Assembly: GCA_039630545.1 (NCBI GenBank) | Contig: JBCNUU010000001.1 | Span: forward strand, 32,001-96,000 | DNA: 64,000 nucleotides | Direction: 5' to 3' | DNA from: Endomicrobiia bacterium | GTDB lineage: Bacteria; Elusimicrobiota; Endomicrobiia; DTEH01 | In this document: positions 48,586 to 58,083 of the stretch, in pieces | How the letters are laid out: each line of letters opens with the position of its first letter | How positions within the stretch are numbered: the stretch's first letter is position 1 | Notes under the pieces: model-generated | What the model saw: the letters and a program-made list of their open reading frames with translations, nothing else | Told to the model about the DNA's origin: nothing | Database searches by the model: none | Translations under genes and position numbers: made by a program

Positions 48586-49183
48586 AATATTTTATTTTAA
48601 ACTTTTTTTACTTTTAAATCTTAACCTTGTTGCATTTCATGATAACGAGTTGTTTATAAGTGATATACAAAAAGTAAAAGATGTAGAATATAATATAGTT
48701 TTAAACAATGTGATAGTTGTAAAAAATATAAAGTTGCACAAATTAAATATAGGCAAAAAAGAAGTTTTAGAATTAGAGCTACCTTCTTATACTGCTCCTG
48801 ATGGAAGAGAGTATCCCCAGATAAGAATTCTTTCAGAAGAATTTCAAGAAAGAATTTTAAAAGCTATACTTGAAAATAAAAAAGAAAATTTTGATTTTAA
48901 AAATAATTCTTTTCCCAGGTTTGAAATAAAAAAATTTCTTCCAGTTAAAAAAGAAGGAAAAGTTAAAGTTAACGCATCCTTGGTGTTTGAAGGAACTTTA
49001 GAAGTTATCTGTAAGATAGTTGAAGACGAAAATAATGTTTATGTATTATGGCCAGCTGAAAAATTGAAAACCACAGATAAGTGGATAAAGAAAATTGAAT
49101 TCTTATCGAAGCCTTATCAAAAAATAATAGAAAAACAACTCATAGAAAGATATAAGGTATATAAGTTAGAAAAAGGAATTTAA
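48569..49183 (+). CDS. Tandem SpoVG-like protein with hydrophobic N-terminus
   Basis: Two repeats resembling SpoVG: IVLNNVIVVKNIKL...LPSYTAPDGREY...EFQERILKAILE and ASLVFEG...KIVE...VLWP...KIIEKQLIERY. Confidence 0.65.
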   Translation: MAKEYRIFYFKLFLLLNLNLVAFHDNELFISDIQKVKDVEYNIVLNNVIVVKNIKLHKLNIGKKEVLELELPSYTAPDGREYPQIRILSEEFQERILKAILENKKENFDFKNNSFPRFEIKKFLPVKKEGKVKVNASLVFEGTLEVICKIVEDENNVYVLWPAEKLKTTDKWIKKIEFLSKPYQKIIEKQLIERYKVYKLEKGI

Positions 49184-49212
49184 TGTCTTATCTATTTTAA
49201 TCCGTCTGGTTT

Positions 49213-52200
49213 GTGATGATGAAAAAGCTTTTTTTTGATCAAAAAATTTTGACTGGAATTTCTGATTATATAATTTATAATGTTATCTCTTACAATAATT
49301 TGATGATTTTGTTCGATGATTCTTTAGATATGTTGTCTTTTAAAGACATTTTTGTGGAATACAAAGATTTAGTTTTGAAATATCAGCTTTTAAACTTAAA
49401 AGAAGATTTTGAAGTTTTCTTTATAGTCAAAGATAATGGAAATTTGAGTTATGAAAGTATAATTGATTTATATAATTTTAATAAGATGCCAAAGTATGAT
49501 AAAAAAATATGTATTTTTACAAACTCTTTTAGTTTAGATGTAGAAATACCTTTAGATTTAGAAACTATAGAAATAATCCACAATAATGAAATTGATTTAG
49601 AAAAGTTAATTTATATGTTGATTAAGTTTGGATATAAAAATGTGGAATATGTAGAGATGCTTGGAGAATTTGCAGTTAGAGGGAATATCCTGGATATATG
49701 GAGCAATAGTATTATCTACAAAAATGGTCTGAATGAAAAGTATTATAGACAACCCGTAAGAATAATTTTAGATGAGAATAGAGTTGAGAATATAAAATTT
49801 TTAAATCCATCGACTCAAAGAAGTATATCCGAAGATATCTTTAAAGTAGTAATTTTCCCGATAAACTTTATAAACTTATCTTCTAAGAAAATAAAATTAA
49901 AAGAAACTTTTAAAGAATATAAAAATTTTATTTTTTTTGGGTTAGAAAATTGTGATTACTTAGAAGGATATTATCCAAATAAGAAATATTATGGTAACAC
50001 CGAAATGTTTATAAGAGATATTAAAAATTTTATCTCAGAGGACTATAAAATTGTGATAGGATATACTAATGAATATCAAAAAGCACACATAGAAGAACTA
50101 CTTAAAAAAAATGGAATTTTTCCTATAAAATTAGCAAAAACCTCTCTTACAAGTGGATTTTATAATATAAATAGAAAATTTTTGTTTATTACCTTTAATG
50201 AAATTTTTTTAAAATTTCAACTTTCAACTCTTGTAAAATCTCCAAAGATATATGAAAGCTTAAGATTAGAAAATATCTGGGAAATACAACCTGGTGATTA
50301 TGTAGTCCATTTTGAATATGGAATTGCAAAATTTTTAGGAACAAAAAAAATTACGATAAGAGAAATAACTAAAGAATTTTTAGTTTTGGAGTTTAAAGAT
50401 AATGCTATTCTTTATGTATCTGTTGTAGATATAAACCAGGTAGAAAAATACATTTCTGTTAAAGGAAAACAACCCACTTTGTCTTCTTTAAGCAAAGAAA
50501 GCTGGGAAAAAACAAAAAAGAGAATAAAAGATTCTCTAAAAGAGTTTATTATAGAGTTATATAATGTGTATTCACAAAGGAAAAAACTTAAGGGATATAA
50601 ATTTACAACTGATCAGGAATTAGAAAAAGCATTAGCTGAAAGTTTTGAATATGAGGAAACAGAAGACCAACTTAAAGCGATAAATGATGTATATAAGGAT
50701 ATGTCAAGTGATTATCCCATGGACAGAATAATAGTAGGAGATGTAGGTTTTGGGAAAACGGAGGTTGCTTTAAGGGCAACTTTTAGAGCAGTAATTAACG
50801 CAAAACAGGTGGCGATGTTGTGTCCTACGACAGTTTTAGCACATCAGCACTATATAACATTTTCAAGAAGACTTGAACCATTTGGGGTAAAAGTAGAAGT
50901 GCTTTCTCGGTTAAAAACTAAAACTGAGATTAAAAAAATATTGGAAGATTTAAGAAGTGGTAAAATAGATGTAATTATAGGTACGCATCTTTTATTAAAA
51001 GATGATGTAGAGTTTTTTGATTTAGGAGTTTTAATAATAGATGAAGAACACAAATTTGGTGTTAAACAGAAAGAAAAAATTAGATTGAAATATAATTCAT
51101 TTAAAAATTCATCAGATAAAATTATACCAGATGTTTTGTACTTAACAGCAACACCTATACCTAGAACTTTAGCTTCTGGTCTTCAAGGGATAAAAGATAT
51201 TTCAATAATAGAGTCTCCTCCTCAGGGACGCAAGCCTATAGAGACCTTTGTGTTGCCTTATAATGAAGAAACTGTAATTTATGCTATAACCAAAGAACTT
51301 CAACGCAACGGGCAGGTATATTATATTTATAACGATATTAAAACAATTGAAAATAAAGTTGAAAAAATAAAAAAATATTTTGGTGAAACAAAAATAGAAT
51401 TTATCCACAGTAAACTGCCTGAAAAAAAAATAGAAGACATAATGATAAAATTTCTAAATAATCAAATACAAATCTTAGTGTCTACAACAATTATTGAATC
51501 AGGATTGGATATTCCTGAGGTCAACACAATAATAGTAGAAGAAGCCCACAAATTTGGTTTAGCACAGCTTTATCAACTTAGGGGACGAGTAGGGCGAAGA
51601 GATAAAAAGGCCTACTGTTATTTTTTTTATTCTAAAGATAATTTAACTTCAGATGCTAAAAAACGACTTTCAGCATTGATGGAATTTACATCTTTAGGTA
51701 GTGGTTATTATTTAGCTTTAAGAGATTTAGAAATAAGAGGAGCCGGAGAAATTCTCGGGACCAGACAACATGGTTTTATAAATGAAATTGGCTTAAATAT
51801 GTATTCAAAATTTATTCAAGAACTGTTATATGAAATAAAAACTAATGAAAAATATGAAGATTTTATTCCGTCTATTGATATGGAAATAAATGCTTATATT
51901 CCTAAAGAGTATATAAAAGATGAAACCACAAGAATAACTTTTTACAGAAAATTACTTTCCGCTGAAAGTTATAATGAGATAGACAATATAAAAGAAGAAA
52001 TATATGACAGATTTGGTAAAATTTCTCAACAGCAAAACCAACCTCTGGAAAATCTTTTTTATTTAAGCTATTTAAAGATATTAATGAAAAAATTTAAAAT
52101 AAGGAAAATTTATGAGGAAAATAATAAAGAATACAAAAACATATTTCTTATTTTCGGAAGTAATAATAAAATTTTAAAAAAATTCCATGAAAACCTAAAG

Positions 52201-52329
52201 GATATAGCTTGTTATATTGAGCCAGATAAGATATGTGTAAAGTTTAAAAAAGAAAGTTTTTCTGTTGAGTCTATTCTTGAAAAACTTTTAGAAGTTGAAA
52301 AAAAATTAACAAGTGAGATGAACACATAA
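49213..52329 (+). CDS. mfd: Transcription-repair coupling factor
   Basis: GEFAVRG.ILD, GDYVVH..YG, GDVGFGKTEVA, DEEH, QLRGRVGR, DLEIRGAG and a TRCF domain. Exact start uncertain (49213-49219). Confidence 0.95.
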   Translation: MMMKKLFFDQKILTGISDYIIYNVISYNNLMILFDDSLDMLSFKDIFVEYKDLVLKYQLLNLKEDFEVFFIVKDNGNLSYESIIDLYNFNKMPKYDKKICIFTNSFSLDVEIPLDLETIEIIHNNEIDLEKLIYMLIKFGYKNVEYVEMLGEFAVRGNILDIWSNSIIYKNGLNEKYYRQPVRIILDENRVENIKFLNPSTQRSISEDIFKVVIFPINFINLSSKKIKLKETFKEYKNFIFFGLENCDYLEGYYPNKKYYGNTEMFIRDIKNFISEDYKIVIGYTNEYQKAHIEELLKKNGIFPIKLAKTSLTSGFYNINRKFLFITFNEIFLKFQLSTLVKSPKIYESLRLENIWEIQPGDYVVHFEYGIAKFLGTKKITIREITKEFLVLEFKDNAILYVSVVDINQVEKYISVKGKQPTLSSLSKESWEKTKKRIKDSLKEFIIELYNVYSQRKKLKGYKFTTDQELEKALAESFEYEETEDQLKAINDVYKDMSSDYPMDRIIVGDVGFGKTEVALRATFRAVINAKQVAMLCPTTVLAHQHYITFSRRLEPFGVKVEVLSRLKTKTEIKKILEDLRSGKIDVIIGTHLLLKDDVEFFDLGVLIIDEEHKFGVKQKEKIRLKYNSFKNSSDKIIPDVLYLTATPIPRTLASGLQGIKDISIIESPPQGRKPIETFVLPYNEETVIYAITKELQRNGQVYYIYNDIKTIENKVEKIKKYFGETKIEFIHSKLPEKKIEDIMIKFLNNQIQILVSTTIIESGLDIPEVNTIIVEEAHKFGLAQLYQLRGRVGRRDKKAYCYFFYSKDNLTSDAKKRLSALMEFTSLGSGYYLALRDLEIRGAGEILGTRQHGFINEIGLNMYSKFIQELLYEIKTNEKYEDFIPSIDMEINAYIPKEYIKDETTRITFYRKLLSAESYNEIDNIKEEIYDRFGKISQQQNQPLENLFYLSYLKILMKKFKIRKIYEENNKEYKNIFLIFGSNNKILKKFHENLKDIACYIEPDKICVKFKKESFSVESILEKLLEVEKKLTSEMNT

Positions 52330-52656
52330 TGCTGTTTTTTTTGGTGAGTTTGGATATAAGTTGTTAAAAAGTTTTACTGCTTCATAAGTATTTGCAATGT
52401 AAAATTTTATATTTTTTTGTTTGAGATACTCTTTTAACTCATCAGATACTTCTAAAACACAATTAGCACCACACCCTATAATTAATACCTCAGGTTCGCT
52501 TTCTAGGATGTCTTTTATATCTTCTTTATATAATTTATGACCTTCTTTACGCCACCAGTCTGAAATTATTTTTTCATTAAAAATTTTTATATCAGTAGTG
52601 TATGTTTTTCCATTAATTATTATTTTACCAAATTCATAGTGAGATATTTTTACCAT
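52306..52656 (-). CDS. Mth938-like (DUF498) protein
   Basis: Y.FG.I.I.G..Y..D, WWRKEGH, IIG.G and HLTC terminus. Confidence 0.9.
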   Translation of the reverse strand: MVKISHYEFGKIIINGKTYTTDIKIFNEKIISDWWRKEGHKLYKEDIKDILESEPEVLIIGCGANCVLEVSDELKEYLKQKNIKFYIANTYEAVKLFNNLYPNSPKKTALCVHLTC

Positions 52657-53354
52657 ATATATCTCCAGTAGGTTTTAATTCTTCTTTTTTTTCTTGTTTT
52701 AAAAGCAATAACTACTCCGCACAGAAATCCCCCTATATGTGCCCAGTAAGCAACTCCTGGAAGATCCCTGCCTAAAGCAGCCTTTATCATTAGATTTTGT
52801 GTACCACTTAAAAACTGAAAAATTATCCACAGACCTAAAAATATTACCGCAGGTACAACCACTATTCTGCTAAAAATTCCAAAAGGTACTAATGTCAAAA
52901 TTCCTGCAGAAGGAAAAAATACAAAATAAGCACCAAGAACACCAGATATCGCACCTGAAGCTCCGATCATAGGAATTCTACTTGTTGGATTAAGAAGAAA
53001 CTGAAAAAGACTGCCAGTAAGTCCGCATGTTATGTATATTATTAAATATTTAAAATGGCCAAATCTATCTTCTACATTGTCACCAAATATATAAAGAAAC
53101 CACATGTTTCCTAAAAAATGCCAGAAACCACCATGAAGAAACATGGATGTAAATAAACTCCACCATGAAGAAGAGAAATCAGTAATGAATCTATAAGGTA
53201 TAAATCCGTAAGAATAAATAAAATTTTCAATTTCATAAAAACTTTTATTAGAGAAGATATACTGATAGATAAAAACCAAAGAGTTAACAGAAATTATCAC
53301 ATAGTTTACAATTGGAAATCTATAAGATGGTATGTTATCTTTTAAAGGTATCAT
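52650..53354 (-). CDS. Rhomboid intramembrane serine protease
   Basis: FLHGG..H..GNM, GASGA (catalytic Ser) and AHIGG (catalytic His). Confidence 0.95.
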   Translation of the reverse strand: MIPLKDNIPSYRFPIVNYVIISVNSLVFIYQYIFSNKSFYEIENFIYSYGFIPYRFITDFSSSWWSLFTSMFLHGGFWHFLGNMWFLYIFGDNVEDRFGHFKYLIIYITCGLTGSLFQFLLNPTSRIPMIGASGAISGVLGAYFVFFPSAGILTLVPFGIFSRIVVVPAVIFLGLWIIFQFLSGTQNLMIKAALGRDLPGVAYWAHIGGFLCGVVIAFKTRKKRRIKTYWRYIW

Positions 53355-54397
53355 TATTTTTTATTTTCTTGAATTTGGGGTCGTGTAATGTTAAGCTGGA
53401 CCAGAGGTGTATATCCTGTATTCCCAAAAATATCTCTTGCTACAAATCTTATCCAGAAATCTCCAGAAATTTCTTTAGGTATCATTTCAAGATTTAAATG
53501 AAAAGCATATGGTGGACAAAACATATATTTTGAAAATTTAGTAAAATTTTCTTTATCTGCGGATATTTCCATGTAAACACATTCAACATTTGGAGTTAGG
53601 GCTTGAATAAAAAATACTTTTTCATCATTTTCAGGTCTGCCATCTACTATCTTTGCAATTTTTATTTCAACAGGTAAGTTTTCTGCTCCCTCAGGAATAA
53701 GTTTTATTACTATTGCCGGATCAAAAACTCTAATTTGAGTTTTAAGAGAATTTTGTGGATTTATTGGTGGTGCTCCATTTATTTCATTGTTTAACCAGAT
53801 ATTGAATTCTTTTTGATTTTTTTCTCTCCAGGCACCTGCTATAATAGGTGAGGAAGAAGCAGAAGTTAAATAAGGTGTGTTTGAATATACACAAACCCAT
53901 ATGTCCTCTGAAAAATTAACTTTTTCTAAAGGAATTTCTGTAAAAAACCATCTAGCTTCTCCTGTGGTAGTAATTGCGTTTTCCCAGTCACCTTCTGTGG
54001 GAATATCTTTTACTTTACATAAAAAATACCTTTGATCTGATTTCCAGGCAGGGGTTGAAGAAACACCTATGTAGATGTTGCCATCTATGATTTCTTTTTC
54101 CCATGGTGGTGCAGATGGTTTTGGTTTTGTTTTTGCCCTTCCTAGTTTTGCTCCAACATACATTTTAGAAAACAAATTTTTTGGTGGCAATAAATCTTTT
54201 TTAAATTTTTTAATCCAGCACATGTTACTTCCTACATACCAGTTGCCGTCCCATCCACTATTTGCAAAAAGAGTGTATTCATTTATAGGAACACCGCCAG
54301 TAATATATGTGGGATAGTATTCTTGGTGTTGACTAAAAGCAAAATATATAACAAAAAAACAAAAAGAAAAACACTTTCTTTTTAGTTCTTTTTTCAT
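53354..54397 (-). CDS. Hypothetical exported protein
   Basis: 347-aa ORF with signal peptide, tightly packed between parB and the rhomboid gene; Trp/Gly/Pro-rich. Confidence 0.75.
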   Translation of the reverse strand: MKKELKRKCFSFCFFVIYFAFSQHQEYYPTYITGGVPINEYTLFANSGWDGNWYVGSNMCWIKKFKKDLLPPKNLFSKMYVGAKLGRAKTKPKPSAPPWEKEIIDGNIYIGVSSTPAWKSDQRYFLCKVKDIPTEGDWENAITTTGEARWFFTEIPLEKVNFSEDIWVCVYSNTPYLTSASSSPIIAGAWREKNQKEFNIWLNNEINGAPPINPQNSLKTQIRVFDPAIVIKLIPEGAENLPVEIKIAKIVDGRPENDEKVFFIQALTPNVECVYMEISADKENFTKFSKYMFCPPYAFHLNLEMIPKEISGDFWIRFVARDIFGNTGYTPLVQLNITRPQIQENKK

Positions 54398-54399
54398 TT

Positions 54400-55281
54400 T
54401 TAAAGATTGTTTTTTTGTCTCTTAAATGTATTTGCTATTTTCTCAAAATCTTCTAAGGAATTATATGAAATTATAACTTTACCCTTTATATTACTTGTAG
54501 GTTTTATTTTTACTTTCAATCCTAAAGATTCTGATAACTCTTTTTCTATTTGTTTGATGTCCGCTGAAACAGTAAATATTTTTTTTGTTTTAGTTTTTTG
54601 CATCTTTAATGACTTGACAATGTTTTCAATATCTCTTACAGTAAGTTTATCCTGGATTATTTTGTTTGAAATCTCTAAAATTGTTTGTTTATCCTTTATA
54701 CTGGCTAATGCTCTGGCATGACCTGCAGATATTAAGCCGTCTTCAATATAACTTAAAACTTCAGATGGAAGATTTAATATTCTTAAAGTATTTGCTATTA
54801 CGCTTCTGTCTTTTCCTATAAGCTTAGCGAGTTCCTCTTGTGTTAAGTTATATTCTTCAGATAAACTTTTATATGCATAAGCTTCTTCTATAGGATTGAG
54901 TTCTTCTCTTTGAAGATTTTCTATTAAAGACAAGATTTTTTTCTGTTTTTCATCTAAAACTTTTACTATTACAGGCAGTTCTTTAAGATTTGCAAGTTGT
55001 GCTGCGCGCCATCTTCTTTCTCCACATATGATTTCGTAACTGTTTTCGTCAATTGGAGAAACAATGAGAGGTTCTATGATCCCTGAATTCTTTATAGAAT
55101 CAGCAAGTTGTTGTAGAGTTTCAATTTTAAAGTTTTTTCTTGGCTGCCATTTTGGAGGTTGAAGTTTTTGTATTTCAACTAATAATATGTTTTCTGCAGT
55201 TTTAGTTTTATGGTCTAGTTGTGAAATTGAACCAAATTCTGACAACAAAGCTTCTAAACCTTTTCCAAGGTGTTTTTTCAT
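54400..55281 (-). CDS. parB: Chromosome partitioning protein ParB
   Basis: LGKGL.AL, QPR, GERRWRA, ENLQRE.L and an HTH. Confidence 0.96.
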   Translation of the reverse strand: MKKHLGKGLEALLSEFGSISQLDHKTKTAENILLVEIQKLQPPKWQPRKNFKIETLQQLADSIKNSGIIEPLIVSPIDENSYEIICGERRWRAAQLANLKELPVIVKVLDEKQKKILSLIENLQREELNPIEEAYAYKSLSEEYNLTQEELAKLIGKDRSVIANTLRILNLPSEVLSYIEDGLISAGHARALASIKDKQTILEISNKIIQDKLTVRDIENIVKSLKMQKTKTKKIFTVSADIKQIEKELSESLGLKVKIKPTSNIKGKVIISYNSLEDFEKIANTFKRQKNNL

Positions 55282-55283
55282 AG

Positions 55284-56054
55284 TTAATTTTTGTTAATTT
55301 TTAAAATTTCTTGTGCTAGTTGTAAATATGCTATTGTTACTTTTGAATATCTATCATAGTAAAGCAAAGGTTTACCATAACTTGGAGCTTCCGCTGCACG
55401 AATTCCGCGAGGAATTATAGTATTGTAAACTTTATGTTGAAAGTATTTTTTAACATTCTGTGCTATTTCTTCACTAAGGGATGTACGTGTATCATACATG
55501 GTTAAAATTACGCCTTCTATAGATAGATTTTTATTTAAATGTGTCTGCACAAGATTTATTGTTTTTAAAAGTTGAGCCAGACCTTCTAAAGCAAAATATT
55601 CACATTGAATAGGAACCAGTACACTTTCACAACTTGCCAGTGCGTTTATTGTAAGAAGTCCAAGTGACGGTGGACAATCTATTAGAATATAATCATAAGT
55701 TGATTTTATTAACTCTAAAGCTTTATTTAATCTATACTCCCTGTTTAGCATACTTACAAGTTCAACCTCAGCTCCTGTCAGGTCTATATGTGAGGGAGCG
55801 ATATCTAACCAGTCTACAGAAGTGTGAATTATTATATTTCTTATATCTTCATCTCCGATTATCACATGATAGATATTTTTGTTTGCAACTTTGTCAATTC
55901 TTATACCCAGACCACTTGTAGCATTTGCCTGAGGGTCAATATCTACAATTAATACACTTTTTCCATAATATGCTAATGATGTTGCTAAGTTTATTACAGT
56001 TGTAGTTTTGCCAACACCACCTTTTTGATTTGCGACAGTTATGATTCTGTTCAT
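55284..56054 (-). CDS. parA: Chromosome partitioning ATPase ParA/Soj
   Basis: NQKGGVGKTT, DPQAN, DCPPSLG and EAPSYG motifs. Confidence 0.96.
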   Translation of the reverse strand: MNRIITVANQKGGVGKTTTVINLATSLAYYGKSVLIVDIDPQANATSGLGIRIDKVANKNIYHVIIGDEDIRNIIIHTSVDWLDIAPSHIDLTGAEVELVSMLNREYRLNKALELIKSTYDYILIDCPPSLGLLTINALASCESVLVPIQCEYFALEGLAQLLKTINLVQTHLNKNLSIEGVILTMYDTRTSLSEEIAQNVKKYFQHKVYNTIIPRGIRAAEAPSYGKPLLYYDRYSKVTIAYLQLAQEILKINKN

Positions 56055-56318
56055 TTATTTTGAAAAAATAAAAATTATTCCGATAACTATAAATATAATA
56101 CCACTTATATATTTTAAGTAGTGATATGGAAAAATTTTACTAAAAACAGAACCTAAAATCACTGCTAAAAAATTAGTAATACAGAAAGCAAATGTAGCAC
56201 CGAGCCAAACATTTAAAGGTTTAAACGATTTTGTAGTAAATGAAATTGCAACAAGTTGTGTTTTATCAGCCATTTCTGCAAATAACATACTAAAAAACAC
56301 AATGATTATTTCTTTCAT
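56055..56318 (-). CDS. Single-domain UPF0016 (GDT1/TMEM165) protein
   Basis: AEMADKTQ, a variant of the E-x-G-D-K-T motif; three TMs. Confidence 0.85.
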   Translation of the reverse strand: MKEIIIVFFSMLFAEMADKTQLVAISFTTKSFKPLNVWLGATFAFCITNFLAVILGSVFSKIFPYHYLKYISGIIFIVIGIIFIFSK

Positions 56319-57331
56319 TCTTTTTCCTCCTCAGGTTTAGTTTTTTTATTTTTTAAAAATAAAAGCAAAAATTTATCTTCGTATTCTTTATATACACCCC
56401 ATTTATCCAACTCTTCTTTTAGTTGTTTAGCATATTCTATGTTCTCAGATGCTAACTTAAACAGTTCATTGATTTTATTTTTTGCAGATTGTGGTAAAGA
56501 AAATTTTATTTGTTTTTTGAGTTCTTCAAAAGTGATACCTTCCTCAATTCCTAATAAATTTTGTTTTTTTGGTTTTAAAATAGGATTTTTAATTTCTGTG
56601 TTTAATTGTTTAAAAAACTTTTGTGTTTTTTTATCTATTTCTACAAATAAATCTTTTATTTTTTCATCAAATTTTTTTATGTCTTCATATATAGTGCTAA
56701 AACCTAAATCAAATGAAAATGTTTTTTTAAGCAACTCAATAATAGGAATAGCTGCTTGAGGATTAATCATATCTATTGTATAAAAAGGTATTTCGCAAAA
56801 TATACATACACCCTTTATAGCTAAATCCCTAGCTAAAGTAAGCAATACTGCATTGATTCCTTCTAATGTTCCAAATTTTAGATTTTTGACTTCATTAAAT
56901 ATTTTTATGTCAGGCATATTTTTTGCAATATATATTTGAGGATAATCTGTATGCAGAATATAAGATGGTAAAGCATGAAAGGTAATAATTAAAGATACCT
57001 CTAATTGCTCAAAAAAGTTTATAAGTTCATCTGCAAATTTTTTGTAATATATTATAGAAGGTTCTAAGTTGGCAGATATAAACAAAAAATCACCCTGTTT
57101 TTGTTTTGAATAATATATTTTATCATAAGATGAAGTATTAGAATAAATTATCCCGTTTTCTACTATAGTATTACTTACTATATATTCGTCAATTTCTATT
57201 TCTGCAAAAAGTGACGGTTTAAGTTGAGAAATTAAATGGTTTATCACATAATTACCTATCATTCCTATTGAAGGCCATGAAAAAAACACGATAGGTTGTT
57301 TTGTTTTTATTTTACTTTTTTGTATAATCAT
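56315..57331 (-). CDS. PAC2 (proteasome assembly chaperone) family protein
   Basis: WP.IG.IG...I..L start, G...G.N..LL..A and E.P.Y.....P.AA motifs; helical tail ending LDKWG....YED.FL. Confidence 0.7.
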   Translation of the reverse strand: MIIQKSKIKTKQPIVFFSWPSIGMIGNYVINHLISQLKPSLFAEIEIDEYIVSNTIVENGIIYSNTSSYDKIYYSKQKQGDFLFISANLEPSIIYYKKFADELINFFEQLEVSLIITFHALPSYILHTDYPQIYIAKNMPDIKIFNEVKNLKFGTLEGINAVLLTLARDLAIKGVCIFCEIPFYTIDMINPQAAIPIIELLKKTFSFDLGFSTIYEDIKKFDEKIKDLFVEIDKKTQKFFKQLNTEIKNPILKPKKQNLLGIEEGITFEELKKQIKFSLPQSAKNKINELFKLASENIEYAKQLKEELDKWGVYKEYEDKFLLLFLKNKKTKPEEEKE

Positions 57332-57957
57332 TTTTTTAAATTTAAAATACAGGCTAATCTTAGAAATTCTACTGTTAAGTCTATTTTAAGTATCTCTATA
57401 TTGTTTTTAGATGGAGTAATAACCACAGGAGTAAAGTTAAGAATACCTTTTACTCCGCATGATATTACATAGTTTATAGTATCTTTAGCTACTTCCTGTG
57501 GAACCGTAATTACAGCAATATCAATTTTGTGTTTTTTAGCAAAAGTTTTTAGGTGGTCAATGTGATATATTTTTATTCCATTAATTTTTTTATTTATGAT
57601 ACTTTTTGAAACATCAAAACCAGCAATTATATTTAGTTTATGTTTTTTAAAGCCCGGATATTTTATTAAAGCAGAACCAAGTTTTCCACAGCCTACTATT
57701 ATTACATTCCAGGTTTTATTTAATCCTAAAACATTTGATATTTTTTTGAGTAAATTTTTTATTTTATAGCCCTTTTTAGGAATACCTAATTGTCCAAGTA
57801 AAGCTAAATCTTTTCTTATTATTTCTGGTGTAAATCCAAGTTGATCAGCAATTTCCTTAGAAGATATAAATTCTTTGCTATAAGGTTTTAATAAAAGTTG
57901 ATAATACAAAGAAAGTCGTGTGATGGTTCTATTGGGTAACATAACGTTTTTAGTCAT
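57328..57957 (-). CDS. rex: Redox-sensing transcriptional repressor Rex
   Basis: P..T..RLS.Y, IRKDL..LG.LG...GY, GCGKLG.AL and GILNF.P motifs. ATG 57957 preferred over TTG 57993. Confidence 0.93.
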   Translation of the reverse strand: MTKNVMLPNRTITRLSLYYQLLLKPYSKEFISSKEIADQLGFTPEIIRKDLALLGQLGIPKKGYKIKNLLKKISNVLGLNKTWNVIIVGCGKLGSALIKYPGFKKHKLNIIAGFDVSKSIINKKINGIKIYHIDHLKTFAKKHKIDIAVITVPQEVAKDTINYVISCGVKGILNFTPVVITPSKNNIEILKIDLTVEFLRLACILNLKK

Positions 57958-58020
57958 AGTTTTTGATATACTAATTATTTTTTTTAAAAACAAGTGATAA
58001 TGATAAAAAATTGTGATTTA

Positions 58021-58049
58021 TTGACAAAATTAAATTTTTATTATAAAAT
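58021..58049 (+). promoter_or_regulatory. Sigma70 promoter
   Basis: TTGACA-N17-TAAAAT upstream of SD aagggggg and ATG 58084. Confidence 0.7.
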
Positions 58050-58083
58050 ATAAAAAACTTAATAAGGGGGGTAGTTATTAATT

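Noticed and set aside
49183..49221. Stop-codon readthrough from the in-frame ATG 49183 into mfd
   Set aside because: It would add only about 10 unconserved residues, and ordinary starts exist at 49213-49219.
57996..58014. Fur-box-like GATAATGATAA
   Set aside because: Only 13 of 19 positions match and the right half is poor; this is expected by chance in AT-rich DNA.
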